Shown piece after piece: positions 38,756-48,634 of a DNA stretch of 64,000 nt. Position numbers and translations under genes: made by a program. Location of the stretch: assembly GCA_019414425.1 (NCBI GenBank), contig DXMB01000001.1, forward strand, positions 20,754 through 84,753, given 5' to 3'. How positions within the stretch are numbered: the first letter of the stretch is position 1; each line of letters begins with the position of its first letter. The DNA is from Collinsella sp. (GTDB taxonomy: Bacteria; Actinomycetota; Coriobacteriia; Coriobacteriales; Coriobacteriaceae). The notes under the pieces are model-generated. The model saw nothing but the letters and a program-made list of their open reading frames with translations, was not told the DNA's origin and searched no databases.

Positions 38756-39253
38756 ATGGCTAAAGATTCCAGCTTCGACGTCGTGTCCGAGGTCAACATG
38801 CAAGAGGTCGACAACGCCTTCCAGCAAACCACGCGCGAGATTTCCCAGCGCTATGACCTGAAGGATTCCGGCGCCACGATCGAGCTTTCGAAGGGCGACA
38901 AGCTCTTTACGATCAACGCCCCGGCCGACTTTGTCTCCAAGCAGATTATCGACGTGCTGAGCTCCAAGCTCATCAAGCGCGGCATTGACCTCAAGGCTGT
39001 CTCGTGGGATGCTCCGCAGGCGGCATCGGGCGGCACCGTGCGCGTGCTCGGCCATATCGTCGAGGGCATCGACCAGGCGACCGCCAAGAAGATCAACAAG
39101 GACATCAAGGATCAAAAGCTCAAGGTCAAGGTGACTATCGAGGCCGACAAGCTGCGTGTTTCCTCTGCTTCGAAGGACGCGTTGCAGACCGTGATCCAGT
39201 TCCTGCGCGACCAGGACTACGGCCAGCCGCTGCAGTTCACCAACTACCGCTAA
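38756..39253 (+). CDS. yajQ: YajQ-family nucleotide-binding protein (UPF0234)
   Basis: SFDVVSEVNMQEVDNAFQQTTREISQRYDLK...QFTNYR. Confidence 0.85.
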   Translation: MAKDSSFDVVSEVNMQEVDNAFQQTTREISQRYDLKDSGATIELSKGDKLFTINAPADFVSKQIIDVLSSKLIKRGIDLKAVSWDAPQAASGGTVRVLGHIVEGIDQATAKKINKDIKDQKLKVKVTIEADKLRVSSASKDALQTVIQFLRDQDYGQPLQFTNYR

Positions 39254-39280
39254 TATCATTCGAAAGGACCGCTCTCCAAC

Positions 39281-40630
39281 ATGGATACACCGTTGGGCTC
39301 CGTGCTCTACATCACCCTCGGGTGCGCTAAGAACGAGGTTGACACCGACCGCATGCGTTCTCTTTTGACCGCCGCAGGCTACGAGGAGGCATTCGACCCG
39401 CAGGATGCCGATATCGCCATCGTCAATACGTGCTCGTTCCTTGCCTCCGCAACGTCCGAGAGCATCGAGACCACGCTCGAGCTCGCCAACGAGGTCCAGG
39501 ACGGCGTTCGTTCTTGCCCCATCGTCATGTGCGGCTGTGTGCCGTCGCGCTATGGCGACGACCTGCCCGATGAGCTGCCCGAGGTCGCTGCCTTTGTGAA
39601 GGCCGACGAGGAGGATGGCATCGTGGCGGTCATCGATGGCGTGCTGGGCGTCGAGCGCGAGATTGCCGCCTATATTCCGCAGGTCAAGCGCACCGTCGAG
39701 GGCGCTGTCGCCTACGTCAAGATTTCCGATGGCTGCAACCGCTTCTGCAGCTTCTGCATGATTCCCTATATTCGCGGTCGCTATCATTCGCGAAATGCCG
39801 AGAGCATTATCTCCGAGGTGCGCGACCTGGTTGCCGGCGGTGTGCGCGAGATCGTGCTGATCGGCCAGGACACGGGCATCTGGGGTACCGACTTTGCCGA
39901 CGAGGACGTCGCCGATGGCTCGCCGCGCAATCTGGCGCAGCTGCTGCGTGCCGTCGCCGAGGCCGTGCGCCCGCACAACGTCTGGGTCCGCGTGCTCTAT
40001 CTGCAGCCCGAGGGCATGACCGACGAGCTTATCGATACGATTCGCGATACGCCCGAGGTGCTGCCTTATATCGATATCCCCGTGCAGCACTGCGACGCGC
40101 GCATCCTCAAGGCTATGCGCCGTTCTGGTTCGCGCCAGGAGCTCGAGGACCTGTTCCGCGATCTGCGTGAGCGTATCCCCGGCATCGTGATCCGTTCCAC
40201 GGCCATGGTCGGCTTCCCGACCGAGACCGACGACGAGTTCCGCGACCTTATCGACTTTATGGACACCGTCGGCTTTGACTACACGAGCGTCTTTGCCTAC
40301 TCGCAGGAGGAGGGCAGCCTGGCCGCCAAGATGGAGGGTCAGGTCGATGAGGAGGTCAAGCTCGAGCGCGCCCAGGAGGCCATGGACCTGGCCGAGTCGC
40401 TCGGTTTTGCCGCCACCGCCGCACATGTGGGCGAGCGCGCCCAGGTGATCGTCGACGGCATCGAGGAGACCGAGGACGGCGCCGAGCTGATCGGCCATGC
40501 TTGGTTCCAGGCGCCCGATTCCGATGGCGCGGTGCACTTGGACGCCAGCGAGGCGTCCGTGGGCGATATTCTGACGGTCGAGTTTACCGATAGCTTCTGC
40601 TATGAGCTTATCGGCCATGTTGTGGAGTAG
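39281..40630 (+). CDS. rimO: ribosomal protein S12 methylthiotransferase RimO
   Basis: TLGCAKNEVD...VNTCSF, radical SAM CNRFCSFCMIP and a C-terminal TRAM-like region. Confidence 0.85.
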   Translation: MDTPLGSVLYITLGCAKNEVDTDRMRSLLTAAGYEEAFDPQDADIAIVNTCSFLASATSESIETTLELANEVQDGVRSCPIVMCGCVPSRYGDDLPDELPEVAAFVKADEEDGIVAVIDGVLGVEREIAAYIPQVKRTVEGAVAYVKISDGCNRFCSFCMIPYIRGRYHSRNAESIISEVRDLVAGGVREIVLIGQDTGIWGTDFADEDVADGSPRNLAQLLRAVAEAVRPHNVWVRVLYLQPEGMTDELIDTIRDTPEVLPYIDIPVQHCDARILKAMRRSGSRQELEDLFRDLRERIPGIVIRSTAMVGFPTETDDEFRDLIDFMDTVGFDYTSVFAYSQEEGSLAAKMEGQVDEEVKLERAQEAMDLAESLGFAATAAHVGERAQVIVDGIEETEDGAELIGHAWFQAPDSDGAVHLDASEASVGDILTVEFTDSFCYELIGHVVE

Positions 40631-40639
40631 GAGAGCATC

Positions 40640-41278
40640 GTGGCAAACGAGAGCAATAAGGAACTGACGAGTGTTTGGACGCCCGCCAACATCGTGACGT
40701 GCGTTCGCATCGTCTTTATCCCGGTGTTCATGATCGTGTCGGCGCTTTCTCACACGAGTGTTGCCGGTACAGATTGGAGCACCTTCGACGGCCCGCTCGC
40801 CGCCGCTGCCTTCATTCTGTATGTGATCCTGTCGTGCACCGATAAGGTCGACGGCTACCTGGCGCGCTCGCGCAACGAGATTACCGATTTCGGTAAGTTC
40901 TTGGACCCCATCGCCGATAAGCTGCTCGTGTTCTCGGCCTTGCTGCTGTTCTTGGACTTTGGCACCGTGACGGTTTGGTCCGTGTTCATTATCTTGTTCC
41001 GCGAGCTGTTGGTAAGCGCCCTGCGCATGGTTGCGAGTGCCGCCGGCGTGGTCGTTGCCGCCGATAAGCTTGGCAAGTACAAGACGGCGACCACGATGGT
41101 CTCCATCTGCGGTTACCTGTGCGTCTTTGCGATGGCCGGCTTGCACCTTGGCCCGCTGGCGCTGACGCTCGGCATCTACTCGGTGTCGCGCTTCCTGTAC
41201 GCCGTTGCCGTTGTCCTGACCGTTATCTCGGGCGCCCAATACTTCTGGAACTGCCGCAAGATCGTCTTTTCGATCTAG
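40640..41278 (+). CDS. pgsA: CDP-diacylglycerol--glycerol-3-phosphate 3-phosphatidyltransferase
   Basis: CDP-alcohol phosphatidyltransferase motif DKVDGYLARSRNEITDFGKFLDPIADK. Confidence 0.85.
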   Translation: MANESNKELTSVWTPANIVTCVRIVFIPVFMIVSALSHTSVAGTDWSTFDGPLAAAAFILYVILSCTDKVDGYLARSRNEITDFGKFLDPIADKLLVFSALLLFLDFGTVTVWSVFIILFRELLVSALRMVASAAGVVVAADKLGKYKTATTMVSICGYLCVFAMAGLHLGPLALTLGIYSVSRFLYAVAVVLTVISGAQYFWNCRKIVFSI

Positions 41279-41284
41279 GTCCTG

Positions 41285-41821
41285 GTGGGTATGACGGACT
41301 CTTTTGATCAGATTTCCGCACATAACGAGGAGCTGGCGCGTCATATTGTCGAGCGCGCGAGCGCTCGGGGCGTGACGGTTTCGACGGCTGAGTCGCTGAC
41401 AGCAGGTATGATCGCCTCGACGATTGCCGATATCCCGGGCGCCTCGGTGGTGCTGCGTGGCGGTGCGGTGACCTACTGCGATGAGATCAAGCATCGCGTT
41501 TTGGGTGTTGATCAGGAGACGCTCGACCGCTATACCGCGGTGTCGCATCAGACCGCGCGCGAGATGGCGGCGGGTTCGCTGGAGCTGTACCAGAGCGATA
41601 TTGCAGTGAGCGCAACGGGTTATGCCGGCCCCGGCGGCGGCACTGAGGACGATCCGGCTGGCACTTTCTATATTGGCTGGGCGTATCGCGCGGCTGATGG
41701 GGAAGTGCCGGTCGTGGACTCTGTGCGCTGCCACTATGAGGGCGACCGTTCGTGTGTTCGTGCCCATGCGGTCGCGGAGGCATTGGGACGCATTGCCCTT
41801 GTGCTCAACTCTATGGAATAG
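41285..41821 (+). CDS. CinA C-terminal domain protein (nicotinamide-nucleotide amidase PncC-like)
   Basis: TAESLTAGMIASTIADIPGAS...GGAVTYCDEIK...SATGYAGPGGG. pgsA-cinA-recA synteny. Confidence 0.8.
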   Translation: MGMTDSFDQISAHNEELARHIVERASARGVTVSTAESLTAGMIASTIADIPGASVVLRGGAVTYCDEIKHRVLGVDQETLDRYTAVSHQTAREMAAGSLELYQSDIAVSATGYAGPGGGTEDDPAGTFYIGWAYRAADGEVPVVDSVRCHYEGDRSCVRAHAVAEALGRIALVLNSME

Positions 41822-41828
41822 ACGTGTT

Positions 41829-41852
41829 TTAAGGGGCCTTCGGGCCCCTTAA
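41829..41852 (+). terminator. hairpin terminator after cinA
   Basis: TTAAGGGGCC TTCG GGCCCCTTAA followed by TTG. Confidence 0.55.
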
Positions 41853-42019
41853 TTGTGGAGATAGGGACCCCTGACGAATTTAGCGTTTGCGCTGGTTATA
41901 GGTGTATTCTTGCCTTCCTTGTTCTTATTCGGCCCTTTGTGATCAAGCATTTGGTCAGTGTTTGGTCGGCGTTTGGTTGGGTTTTGGAAAGACTGCCTGC
42001 ATATGATTGGCCTGAACGG

Positions 42020-42048
42020 TTGACCACGAACAGCCGTTCGTTTATTAT
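42020..42048 (+). promoter_or_regulatory. recA promoter (TTGACC-N17-TATTAT) with an embedded LexA (Cheo-type) box
   Basis: TTGACC at 42020-42025, CGAACAGCCGTTCG at 42027-42040 (CGAAC-N4-GTTCG), and TATTAT at 42043-42048. Confidence 0.8.
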
Positions 42049-42078
42049 CGATGCAGGTTGTTAAGAGGAGGGCTATTC

Positions 42079-43227
42079 ATGGCCAAGAATTCAGGTCCCG
42101 TACGTACCGTTCATGCTCGCACGACGGGTAAAGAGCGCGATGAGATGATCGCCACCACCAAGGCCGAGATCGAGAAGAAGTTCGGTCAAGGCTCCATCAT
42201 GAGGTATGGTGACGGCGGCCCCGAGCTTGAGGTTGAGGCCATCCCCACGGGCGCTCTGGCACTCGATGCCGCTCTGGGTATCGGCGGTGTGCCGCGCGGT
42301 CGTATCGTCGAGATTTACGGTCCTGAGTCCTCCGGTAAGACGACGCTTTCGCTCGAGATCCTGGCCGAAGCCCAGGCAATGGGTGGCGTGGTGGCATTTA
42401 TCGATGCCGAGCACGCGCTCGATCCCACGTATGCCGCGCGCATTGGCGTGGATATCGACGAGGTACTGATTTCCCAGCCTGATACGGGTGAGCAGGCGCT
42501 CGAGATTGTTGACATGCTCGTGCGTTCCGGCGCCATCGATGCCATCGTCGTCGACTCCGTCGCCGCGCTGACCCCGCGTGCCGAGATCGAGGGAGAGATC
42601 GGCGATACCACGGTCGGATTGCAAGCTCGTCTGATGAGTCAGGCGCTCCGCAAGCTCGCCGGCTCGCTGTCCAAGTCCAACACGACATGCATCTTCATTA
42701 ACCAGCTGCGAGAGAAGATCGGCGTCATGTTCGGCAACCCCGAGACCACGACGGGCGGCCGCGCCCTTAAGTTCTTCTCTTCGGTGCGTATCGACATTCG
42801 CCGCATCGACAGCATTAAGCTTAAGGATGAGGTTATCGGTAACCGCGTGCGCGCCAAGGTCGTTAAGAACAAGGTGGCAGCTCCGTTCCGTTCTGCTGAG
42901 TTCGACATTATGTACGGTACGGGCATCTCTAAGGAGGGCTCGATTCTGGACATGGCTGTCGAGTGCGGCATTTGCAAGAAGATGGGCTCCTGGTTTGCCT
43001 ATGGCGAGGACAAGCTCGGCAACGGTCGCGAGGCCGCCAAGGCGTTCCTGCGCGAACACCCCGATTGCGCCGACGAGATTGAGCATAAGGTCCGCCTTGC
43101 CTGCGGGCTTGAGTTTGATGACGATGCTCCGTCCGAGGTCGAGCTGACCGATCAGCCTGCGCCTGAGGAGTTTGACGAGCTTTATGCCATCGATGGTTCC
43201 GCCATGCTCGATGATGACGACGAGTAG
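42079..43227 (+). CDS. recA: recombinase RecA
   Basis: [17 protein letters not shown]...FIDAEHALD. The ATG at 42079 follows AGAGGAGGG. Confidence 0.95.
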   Translation: MAKNSGPVRTVHARTTGKERDEMIATTKAEIEKKFGQGSIMRYGDGGPELEVEAIPTGALALDAALGIGGVPRGRIVEIYGPESSGKTTLSLEILAEAQAMGGVVAFIDAEHALDPTYAARIGVDIDEVLISQPDTGEQALEIVDMLVRSGAIDAIVVDSVAALTPRAEIEGEIGDTTVGLQARLMSQALRKLAGSLSKSNTTCIFINQLREKIGVMFGNPETTTGGRALKFFSSVRIDIRRIDSIKLKDEVIGNRVRAKVVKNKVAAPFRSAEFDIMYGTGISKEGSILDMAVECGICKKMGSWFAYGEDKLGNGREAAKAFLREHPDCADEIEHKVRLACGLEFDDDAPSEVELTDQPAPEEFDELYAIDGSAMLDDDDE

Positions 43228-43238
43228 CGGTTACGCTC

Positions 43239-43931
43239 ATGTCGTATACGGTGACTGAGGCCACGGTCGTCTTTCCCGATACGAAGGCGGCCTCCTCGTT
43301 CTCGAGCGGGTATGCGTCCAAAAAGCCTTGCGCACATATCGATTGTGAGCTTGAGGGCGGTTTTGAGCGGTCCATTTGGATTCCCGTGCGGGTCGCGCGC
43401 CTGTATGTCAAAAATCGCCCCGATCTTCCCTGTGATTGGGATAACTTTCGTGAAGCGGTGCAGCTCATCGAGCGTAAATGTGCACTTACCATGGTGACCG
43501 AGATGCTATCGCGACGCGACCATGCGACGGGTGAGGTCCGTGACAAGCTGGCTCGCTACGGCTTTCGCCAGCCCGCGATCGATTTCGCCGTCGAGCGCGC
43601 CACCGAGTATCGCTTTTTAGACGAGAACCGCTTTTGCTCGTACTTTATCGAGGAACGCAAGCGGCGCGGTTGGGGACAGCGTAAAATCGAGACCGAGCTC
43701 AAGCGCCGTCATGTCGTGCTCGATGACATTCCCGGTTATCCCGAGGATTATTTTGCCGTCGAAGACGATTTGGCGCGTGCGTCAGCCCTGCTCGCCAAGC
43801 GGCGTGTTCCAGAGACGCGCGGATTCGAAAAACTGGTTCGGTTTTTGATGGGCAAGGGCTTCTCGTATCACATCGCCGCCGATGCCGTTAAGGCACGTCT
43901 CGATGCCGAACGTGAGGAATGTGCGGTTTAG
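43239..43931 (+). CDS. recX: recombination regulator RecX
   Basis: Follows recA, with helical repeats ...LSRRDHATGEVRDKLARYGF...FLDENRFCSYFIEER. Confidence 0.75.
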   Translation: MSYTVTEATVVFPDTKAASSFSSGYASKKPCAHIDCELEGGFERSIWIPVRVARLYVKNRPDLPCDWDNFREAVQLIERKCALTMVTEMLSRRDHATGEVRDKLARYGFRQPAIDFAVERATEYRFLDENRFCSYFIEERKRRGWGQRKIETELKRRHVVLDDIPGYPEDYFAVEDDLARASALLAKRRVPETRGFEKLVRFLMGKGFSYHIAADAVKARLDAEREECAV

Positions 43932-44127
43932 GCGTATGCGTTTTGTGGCCCTGCCGTTCACCGCGTTTTAGCCGCCGTGCTGGGGCCATTTATTTGACAG
44001 TTGTTGTGGTTCAACGTACGATAAACACTGTCATTTGCTTTGTGATATGTGCTCATCTGTGATGAGTTTGTTTATATGTTTATCTGTATCCGACCCGCAT
44101 AAGCTGCGCCCATATTACTCAAATGTC

Positions 44128-44162
44128 GCGAGCCGTTCGTAAGGACGGTTCGCTTTGTTGTG
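44128..44162 (+). terminator. terminator-like hairpin plus U-rich tract in the rny leader
   Basis: GCGAGCCGT (44128-44136) pairs with ACGGTTCGC (44145-44153) as a 9-bp stem (one G:U), followed by TTTGTTGTG. It ends 21 nt before the rny ATG. Confidence 0.4.
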
Positions 44163-44182
44163 TAACGAATCCATAAAAAGGA

Positions 44183-45739
44183 GTGAGCATGCCTATCATC
44201 GCAGCGCTCGTTGGCATCATTTTGGGTGCCATCGCCGCCATTGCCTACATGCGCACCGCCAAGCAGGGCAGTCTTCACGAGGCCGACGAAAAAATCCAGT
44301 CGGCACACGCACAGGCTGAGTCCCTGATCGGTGATGCTAAGCGTCAGGCCGAGACCCTCAAAAAAGAGGCTCTGCTCGAGGCTAAAGAGGAGATCATCAA
44401 GAACAAGCAGGCCGCTGAGGCCGAGGACAAGCAGCGTAAGAACGAGATTCGTACGCTCGAGAACCGCGTGATGCAGCGCGAGGAATCCCTCGATCGCCGC
44501 AACGACGCTCTCGACAAGCGCGAGCATCAGCTGTCCAGCCAGGCCGGTCAGGTCGAGAAGCGCTCCCGTGAGCTCGAGGAGCTCTGCGCAAAGCAGACCT
44601 CCGAGCTCGAGCGTATCGCCGACCTTACCCGCGAGGACGCCCACAAGGAGCTCCTCGATAAGGTTCGCGGCGAGGTCACCCACGAGGCCGCCACGATCAT
44701 TCGCGAGTCCGAACAGCAGGTTCGCGCCGAGTGCCACAAGACCGCCCAGGAGATTCTGTCTCTGGCGATTCAGCGCTGCGCTGCCGATCACACTGCCGAG
44801 GTCACCGTTACCTCCGTGCACATTCCCTCTGATGACCTCAAGGGCCGTATCATCGGTCGCGAGGGTCGCAACATCCGGACCTTCGAGCAGGTTTCCGGCG
44901 TCAACCTCGTGATCGACGACACGCCCGAGACCGTCGTTCTTTCGAGCTTCGACCCGGTCCGTCGTGAGACCGCCCGTGTCGCCCTCGAGAACCTCATCGC
45001 CGACGGCCGCATTCACCCCGCCCGCATCGAGGAGATGTATCACAAGGCTGCCGACCTGGTTCAGCAGCGCGTGCGCGAGGCTGGCGAGCAGGCTGCCTTC
45101 GATACCGGCATCCACGATCTGCACCCCGAGATCGTCAAGACCCTTGGTGCCCTGCGCTACCGTACCTCGTTTGGTCAGAACGTGCTTCAGCATTCCCTCG
45201 AGGTCTCTGATCTGTGCGGCGTGATGGCTTCCGAGCTTGGCCTGGACGTTGTGACCGCCAAGCGCGCCGGCCTGCTGCACGACCTGGGCAAGGCAATTGA
45301 CCACGACGTCGAGGGTCCGCATGCCGTCATCGGCGCCGAGCTTGCCCGCCGTTATGGCGAGAAGCCCGTTATCGTCCACGCTATTGAGGCTCACCATGCC
45401 GATGTCGACCCCAACACGGTGCTCGATGTCCTGGTGCAGGCCGCCGATGCTGTCTCTGCCTCTCGCCCCGGTGCCCGTCGCGAGTCTGCCGAGAACTACA
45501 TCAAGCGTCTTGAGAAGCTCGAGGAGATCGCCAACTCCCATGACGGCGTCGAACGTACCTATGCCATGCAGGCCGGTCGCGAGGTCCACGTCATGGTCCA
45601 GCCGGACAAGATTTCCGATGCCCAGTCCACGGTTCTGGCTCACGATATCGCCCATCAGATCGAGGAAGAGATGGAGTATCCCGGTCAGGTGCGCGTCGTC
45701 GTGATTCGCGAGAGCCGCGCTGTCGATATCGCTAAATAA
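44183..45739 (+). CDS. rny: ribonuclease Y
   Basis: N-terminal TM helix, coiled coil, KH domain (…[15 protein letters not shown]…) and HD domain (…HSLEV…LLHDLGKA…). Confidence 0.95.
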   Translation: MSMPIIAALVGIILGAIAAIAYMRTAKQGSLHEADEKIQSAHAQAESLIGDAKRQAETLKKEALLEAKEEIIKNKQAAEAEDKQRKNEIRTLENRVMQREESLDRRNDALDKREHQLSSQAGQVEKRSRELEELCAKQTSELERIADLTREDAHKELLDKVRGEVTHEAATIIRESEQQVRAECHKTAQEILSLAIQRCAADHTAEVTVTSVHIPSDDLKGRIIGREGRNIRTFEQVSGVNLVIDDTPETVVLSSFDPVRRETARVALENLIADGRIHPARIEEMYHKAADLVQQRVREAGEQAAFDTGIHDLHPEIVKTLGALRYRTSFGQNVLQHSLEVSDLCGVMASELGLDVVTAKRAGLLHDLGKAIDHDVEGPHAVIGAELARRYGEKPVIVHAIEAHHADVDPNTVLDVLVQAADAVSASRPGARRESAENYIKRLEKLEEIANSHDGVERTYAMQAGREVHVMVQPDKISDAQSTVLAHDIAHQIEEEMEYPGQVRVVVIRESRAVDIAK

Positions 45740-45740
45740 C

Positions 45741-46826
45741 ATGAGCGACGCGAACGAGCTCATCTCATTTATCGCGTCGATGTCGGGGGAGGGCAACCTT
45801 CGCGTCGAGGAGAACCTTGGCGAGGGGTATGTCCGCCTCCGCGTTTCAGAGGCCGAGCGGCGCCAGGCTAAGCACGACATTCAGCATGTCGAGGACATCG
45901 TCATCGAAATGCTCCGTAATGCTCGCGATGCCGGCGCCGACAAGGTCTATCTCGCCACGACCAAGGAAGATGGCGTCCGCACGCTTGTCTTTCTGGATAA
46001 CGGTTCTGGCGTTCCGCAGGATATGCAAGAGCGAATCTTTGATGCCCGCGTTACCTCCAAGCTCGAGAGCATGAAGATGGACCGTTGGGGCGTTCACGGT
46101 CGTGGCATGGCATTGTTTTCGATCAAGCAGAACGCCGACGAGGCCCGTGTGGTCACGTCCGGCGTCGATCTTGGTTCAGCCTTCAAGGTGAGCGTTGCGG
46201 CCGACCGCCTCAGTGAGCGTGCCGATCAGTCCAGCTGGCCCCAGGCCGTCAAGGATGAGGGCGGACGTTATGTCTGCGCTCGCGGTCCACATAATATTAT
46301 TCGCGCTGCTTGTGAGTTTGCGCTCGAGGAGTTGCGTGGTTGCGATGTCTATCTTGGTTCTCCGTCTGAGATTGCCGCGACCCTTTATGCTCAAGCGTCA
46401 AGTCGGCTCGATACGTCTCGTCTCCTGTTCATTGATGACGAGAGTGAGCTTCCGGTTGTCGATCGTTTAGGCCTTGCTTCTGATGCCGAGGACTTTATCC
46501 GTATTTGTTCGGGTTTGGGTCTTGAGATGTCCGAGCGCACGGCCCATCGCATTTTAGCAGGGCAGATTAAGCCCGTTCGCGGTGTGACCGCGCGTCTGCT
46601 GCGCGAGCGTGATTCGTCCTCGCATGCGCCGGCTCCTGTCGATCTCGCGAAGGATCGTCGCGGGCTACGTATTGCCAAGGACGACATGGCACAGTTTTCG
46701 CGCGCTGTGGAACGCGACTTTAATGACCTTGCCGCCCGGTACTATCTCAACCTTTGCGGCGACCCAAAGATCCGTGTTTCGCGTGATCGAATCACCGTGA
46801 CCTTTGATCTTGCCAAAGAGGAATAG
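45741..46826 (+). CDS. GHKL-superfamily ATPase of unknown function (no TM, no HisKA domain)
   Basis: N-box EMLRNARDAGA, G1 LDNGSGV and G2 GVHGRGMAL. About 220 aa of unassigned C-terminus. The start is 1 nt after the rny stop. Confidence 0.6.
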   Translation: MSDANELISFIASMSGEGNLRVEENLGEGYVRLRVSEAERRQAKHDIQHVEDIVIEMLRNARDAGADKVYLATTKEDGVRTLVFLDNGSGVPQDMQERIFDARVTSKLESMKMDRWGVHGRGMALFSIKQNADEARVVTSGVDLGSAFKVSVAADRLSERADQSSWPQAVKDEGGRYVCARGPHNIIRAACEFALEELRGCDVYLGSPSEIAATLYAQASSRLDTSRLLFIDDESELPVVDRLGLASDAEDFIRICSGLGLEMSERTAHRILAGQIKPVRGVTARLLRERDSSSHAPAPVDLAKDRRGLRIAKDDMAQFSRAVERDFNDLAARYYLNLCGDPKIRVSRDRITVTFDLAKEE

Positions 46827-46900
46827 TGCCTTTACCGAGTCCACTCGGTACGATACAGTTATTGCAGTTAAAACGTACTTTTAAATGCAGGAGTTTCTTC

Positions 46901-47218
46901 ATGGATTGCCTGAAGGTATCAAGCAAATCATCGCCCGCGTCCGTTGCCGGCGCCATCGCCGGCATGGTCAAGGATGGTGTACCCGTCAACATCCAGTGTG
47001 TCGGCGCCGGTGCCGTCAACCAGGCCATTAAGGCCGTGGCTATCGCGCGCGGTTTTTTGATTCCAACCGGTTTTGATATTTCCTGCGCGCCCGTGTTCTC
47101 CGACATCCTCATTAACGGGGAGTCGCGCACTGCCATCCGTCTTTCTATCTACGTTCACCAGATCAATCGAGCTGCTATGGATAACGTCGTCATGGATGAT
47201 GTTAAGCCTGTGGCATAG
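46901..47218 (+). CDS. spoVS: SpoVS-family protein
   Basis: MDCLKVSSKSSPASVAGAIAGMV...VGAGAVNQAIKAVAIARGFL...ESRTAIRL closely parallels Bacillus SpoVS. The ATG at 46901 follows GCAGGAG. Confidence 0.85.
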   Translation: MDCLKVSSKSSPASVAGAIAGMVKDGVPVNIQCVGAGAVNQAIKAVAIARGFLIPTGFDISCAPVFSDILINGESRTAIRLSIYVHQINRAAMDNVVMDDVKPVA

Positions 47219-47257
47219 CTTCTGATTGCCTCGTTTTGCTCCCCATCGTTAGGACTT

Positions 47258-48634
47258 ATGCACATGGACCAGCGTTCCGTACGCGATATTCTTGCCGGTA
47301 AAACCTACTTTATCCGCACCTTTGGCTGCCAGATGAATCAGCACGACTCCGAGCGTGTGAGCGGTCTGCTTGATTCATATGGCTGCCTCATGGCGCTCGA
47401 TCCTGCGCATGCCGATATCGTTGTCTTCATGACGTGCTGCGTGCGCGAGGCCGCCGATACTCGCCTGTACGGTCAGTGCAATTCCTGCAAAAGCCTGCCG
47501 CCTTCGCCTTCGGGCAAGCGCGTGGTTGCCGTTGGCGGTTGCATCGCGCAGCGCGATGGCGAGGGCCTGCTCACCAACGTCGATAACGTCAACGTCATCT
47601 TCGGTACACATTCCATCGCGCATGTGGCCGAGCTCATTGCCGAGGCGTTCCTTGATGGTAAGCGTCATATCCGTACCAATGAGCATGAGGATACGGATGC
47701 CATGAGCATGCCGTGGCATCGCGAGTCTCAGTATCACGCCTGGGTGCCCATCATGACAGGCTGCAATAATTTCTGCACCTATTGCATCGTGCCGTACGTG
47801 CGTGGTCGCGAAAAGAGCCGCCCCTTCGAGGAGATTGTCGACGAGGTGACCGGTTTGGTACGCCAGGGCGTGCGTGAGATTACGCTGTTGGGCCAAAACG
47901 TTAACTCATATGGTCGCGATCTGTTTGGCAAGCCGCGTTTTGCCGATCTGCTGCGTGCCGTGGGCGATACGGGCGTGGAGCGCATCTTCTTTACGTCTTC
48001 GCATCCCAAGGACCTGCTGCCCGAGACCATCGACGCCATGGCCGAGACGCCTGCCGTTATGCCGCAGCTGCACTTGGCCGTCCAGTCCGGTTCGACGCGG
48101 ATCCTCAAAGAGATGAATCGCCGTTATACACGCGAGGACTATCTGGGCCTTGTCGATCGCATTCGCAACCGCATGCCCGATATCGCGCTCTCGACCGACA
48201 TTATCGTTGGCTTCCCGGGCGAGACTGAAGAAGACTTTGAGCAGACGCTCTCACTTGCCGAGACGGTCCGCTATGCTCAGGCCTATACCTTCATCTATTC
48301 CAAGCGTGCCGGTACCCCGGCCGCCGAGATTGACGATCCTACGCCGCATGAGGTTATTCTCGAGCGTTTCAACCGCCTGGTTAAGGTTATCGAGACCACG
48401 GCACACGAGTATAACCAGGGTGAGCTTCATACTGTGGTTCCGGCGCTCATTGAGGGAACGAGTAAAAAGAACGACGCGGTCCTGCTGGGCAAGAGTCCCA
48501 AGAATCAGACCGTGCATGCGCCTATCCCCGAGGGGTACAGTATCGATCAGCTTGTTGGCAAGATCGTTGATGTTGACGTTGATATTGCCAAGACCTGGTA
48601 TTTGTCCGGCTCCGTTGTGGGCGAGCCGCGCTAA
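47258..48634 (+). CDS. miaB: tRNA-2-methylthio-N6-dimethylallyladenosine synthase MiaB
   Basis: FIRTFGCQMNQHDSE, radical SAM CNNFCTYCIVP and a C-terminal TRAM domain. Confidence 0.9.
   Translation: MHMDQRSVRDILAGKTYFIRTFGCQMNQHDSERVSGLLDSYGCLMALDPAHADIVVFMTCCVREAADTRLYGQCNSCKSLPPSPSGKRVVAVGGCIAQRDGEGLLTNVDNVNVIFGTHSIAHVAELIAEAFLDGKRHIRTNEHEDTDAMSMPWHRESQYHAWVPIMTGCNNFCTYCIVPYVRGREKSRPFEEIVDEVTGLVRQGVREITLLGQNVNSYGRDLFGKPRFADLLRAVGDTGVERIFFTSSHPKDLLPETIDAMAETPAVMPQLHLAVQSGSTRILKEMNRRYTREDYLGLVDRIRNRMPDIALSTDIIVGFPGETEEDFEQTLSLAETVRYAQAYTFIYSKRAGTPAAEIDDPTPHEVILERFNRLVKVIETTAHEYNQGELHTVVPALIEGTSKKNDAVLLGKSPKNQTVHAPIPEGYSIDQLVGKIVDVDVDIAKTWYLSGSVVGEPR

Noticed and set aside
41855-42064. 69-aa ORF in the cinA-recA spacer.
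   Set aside because: It has no RBS, overlaps the recA promoter and LexA box, and has a hydrophobic, random-looking composition.
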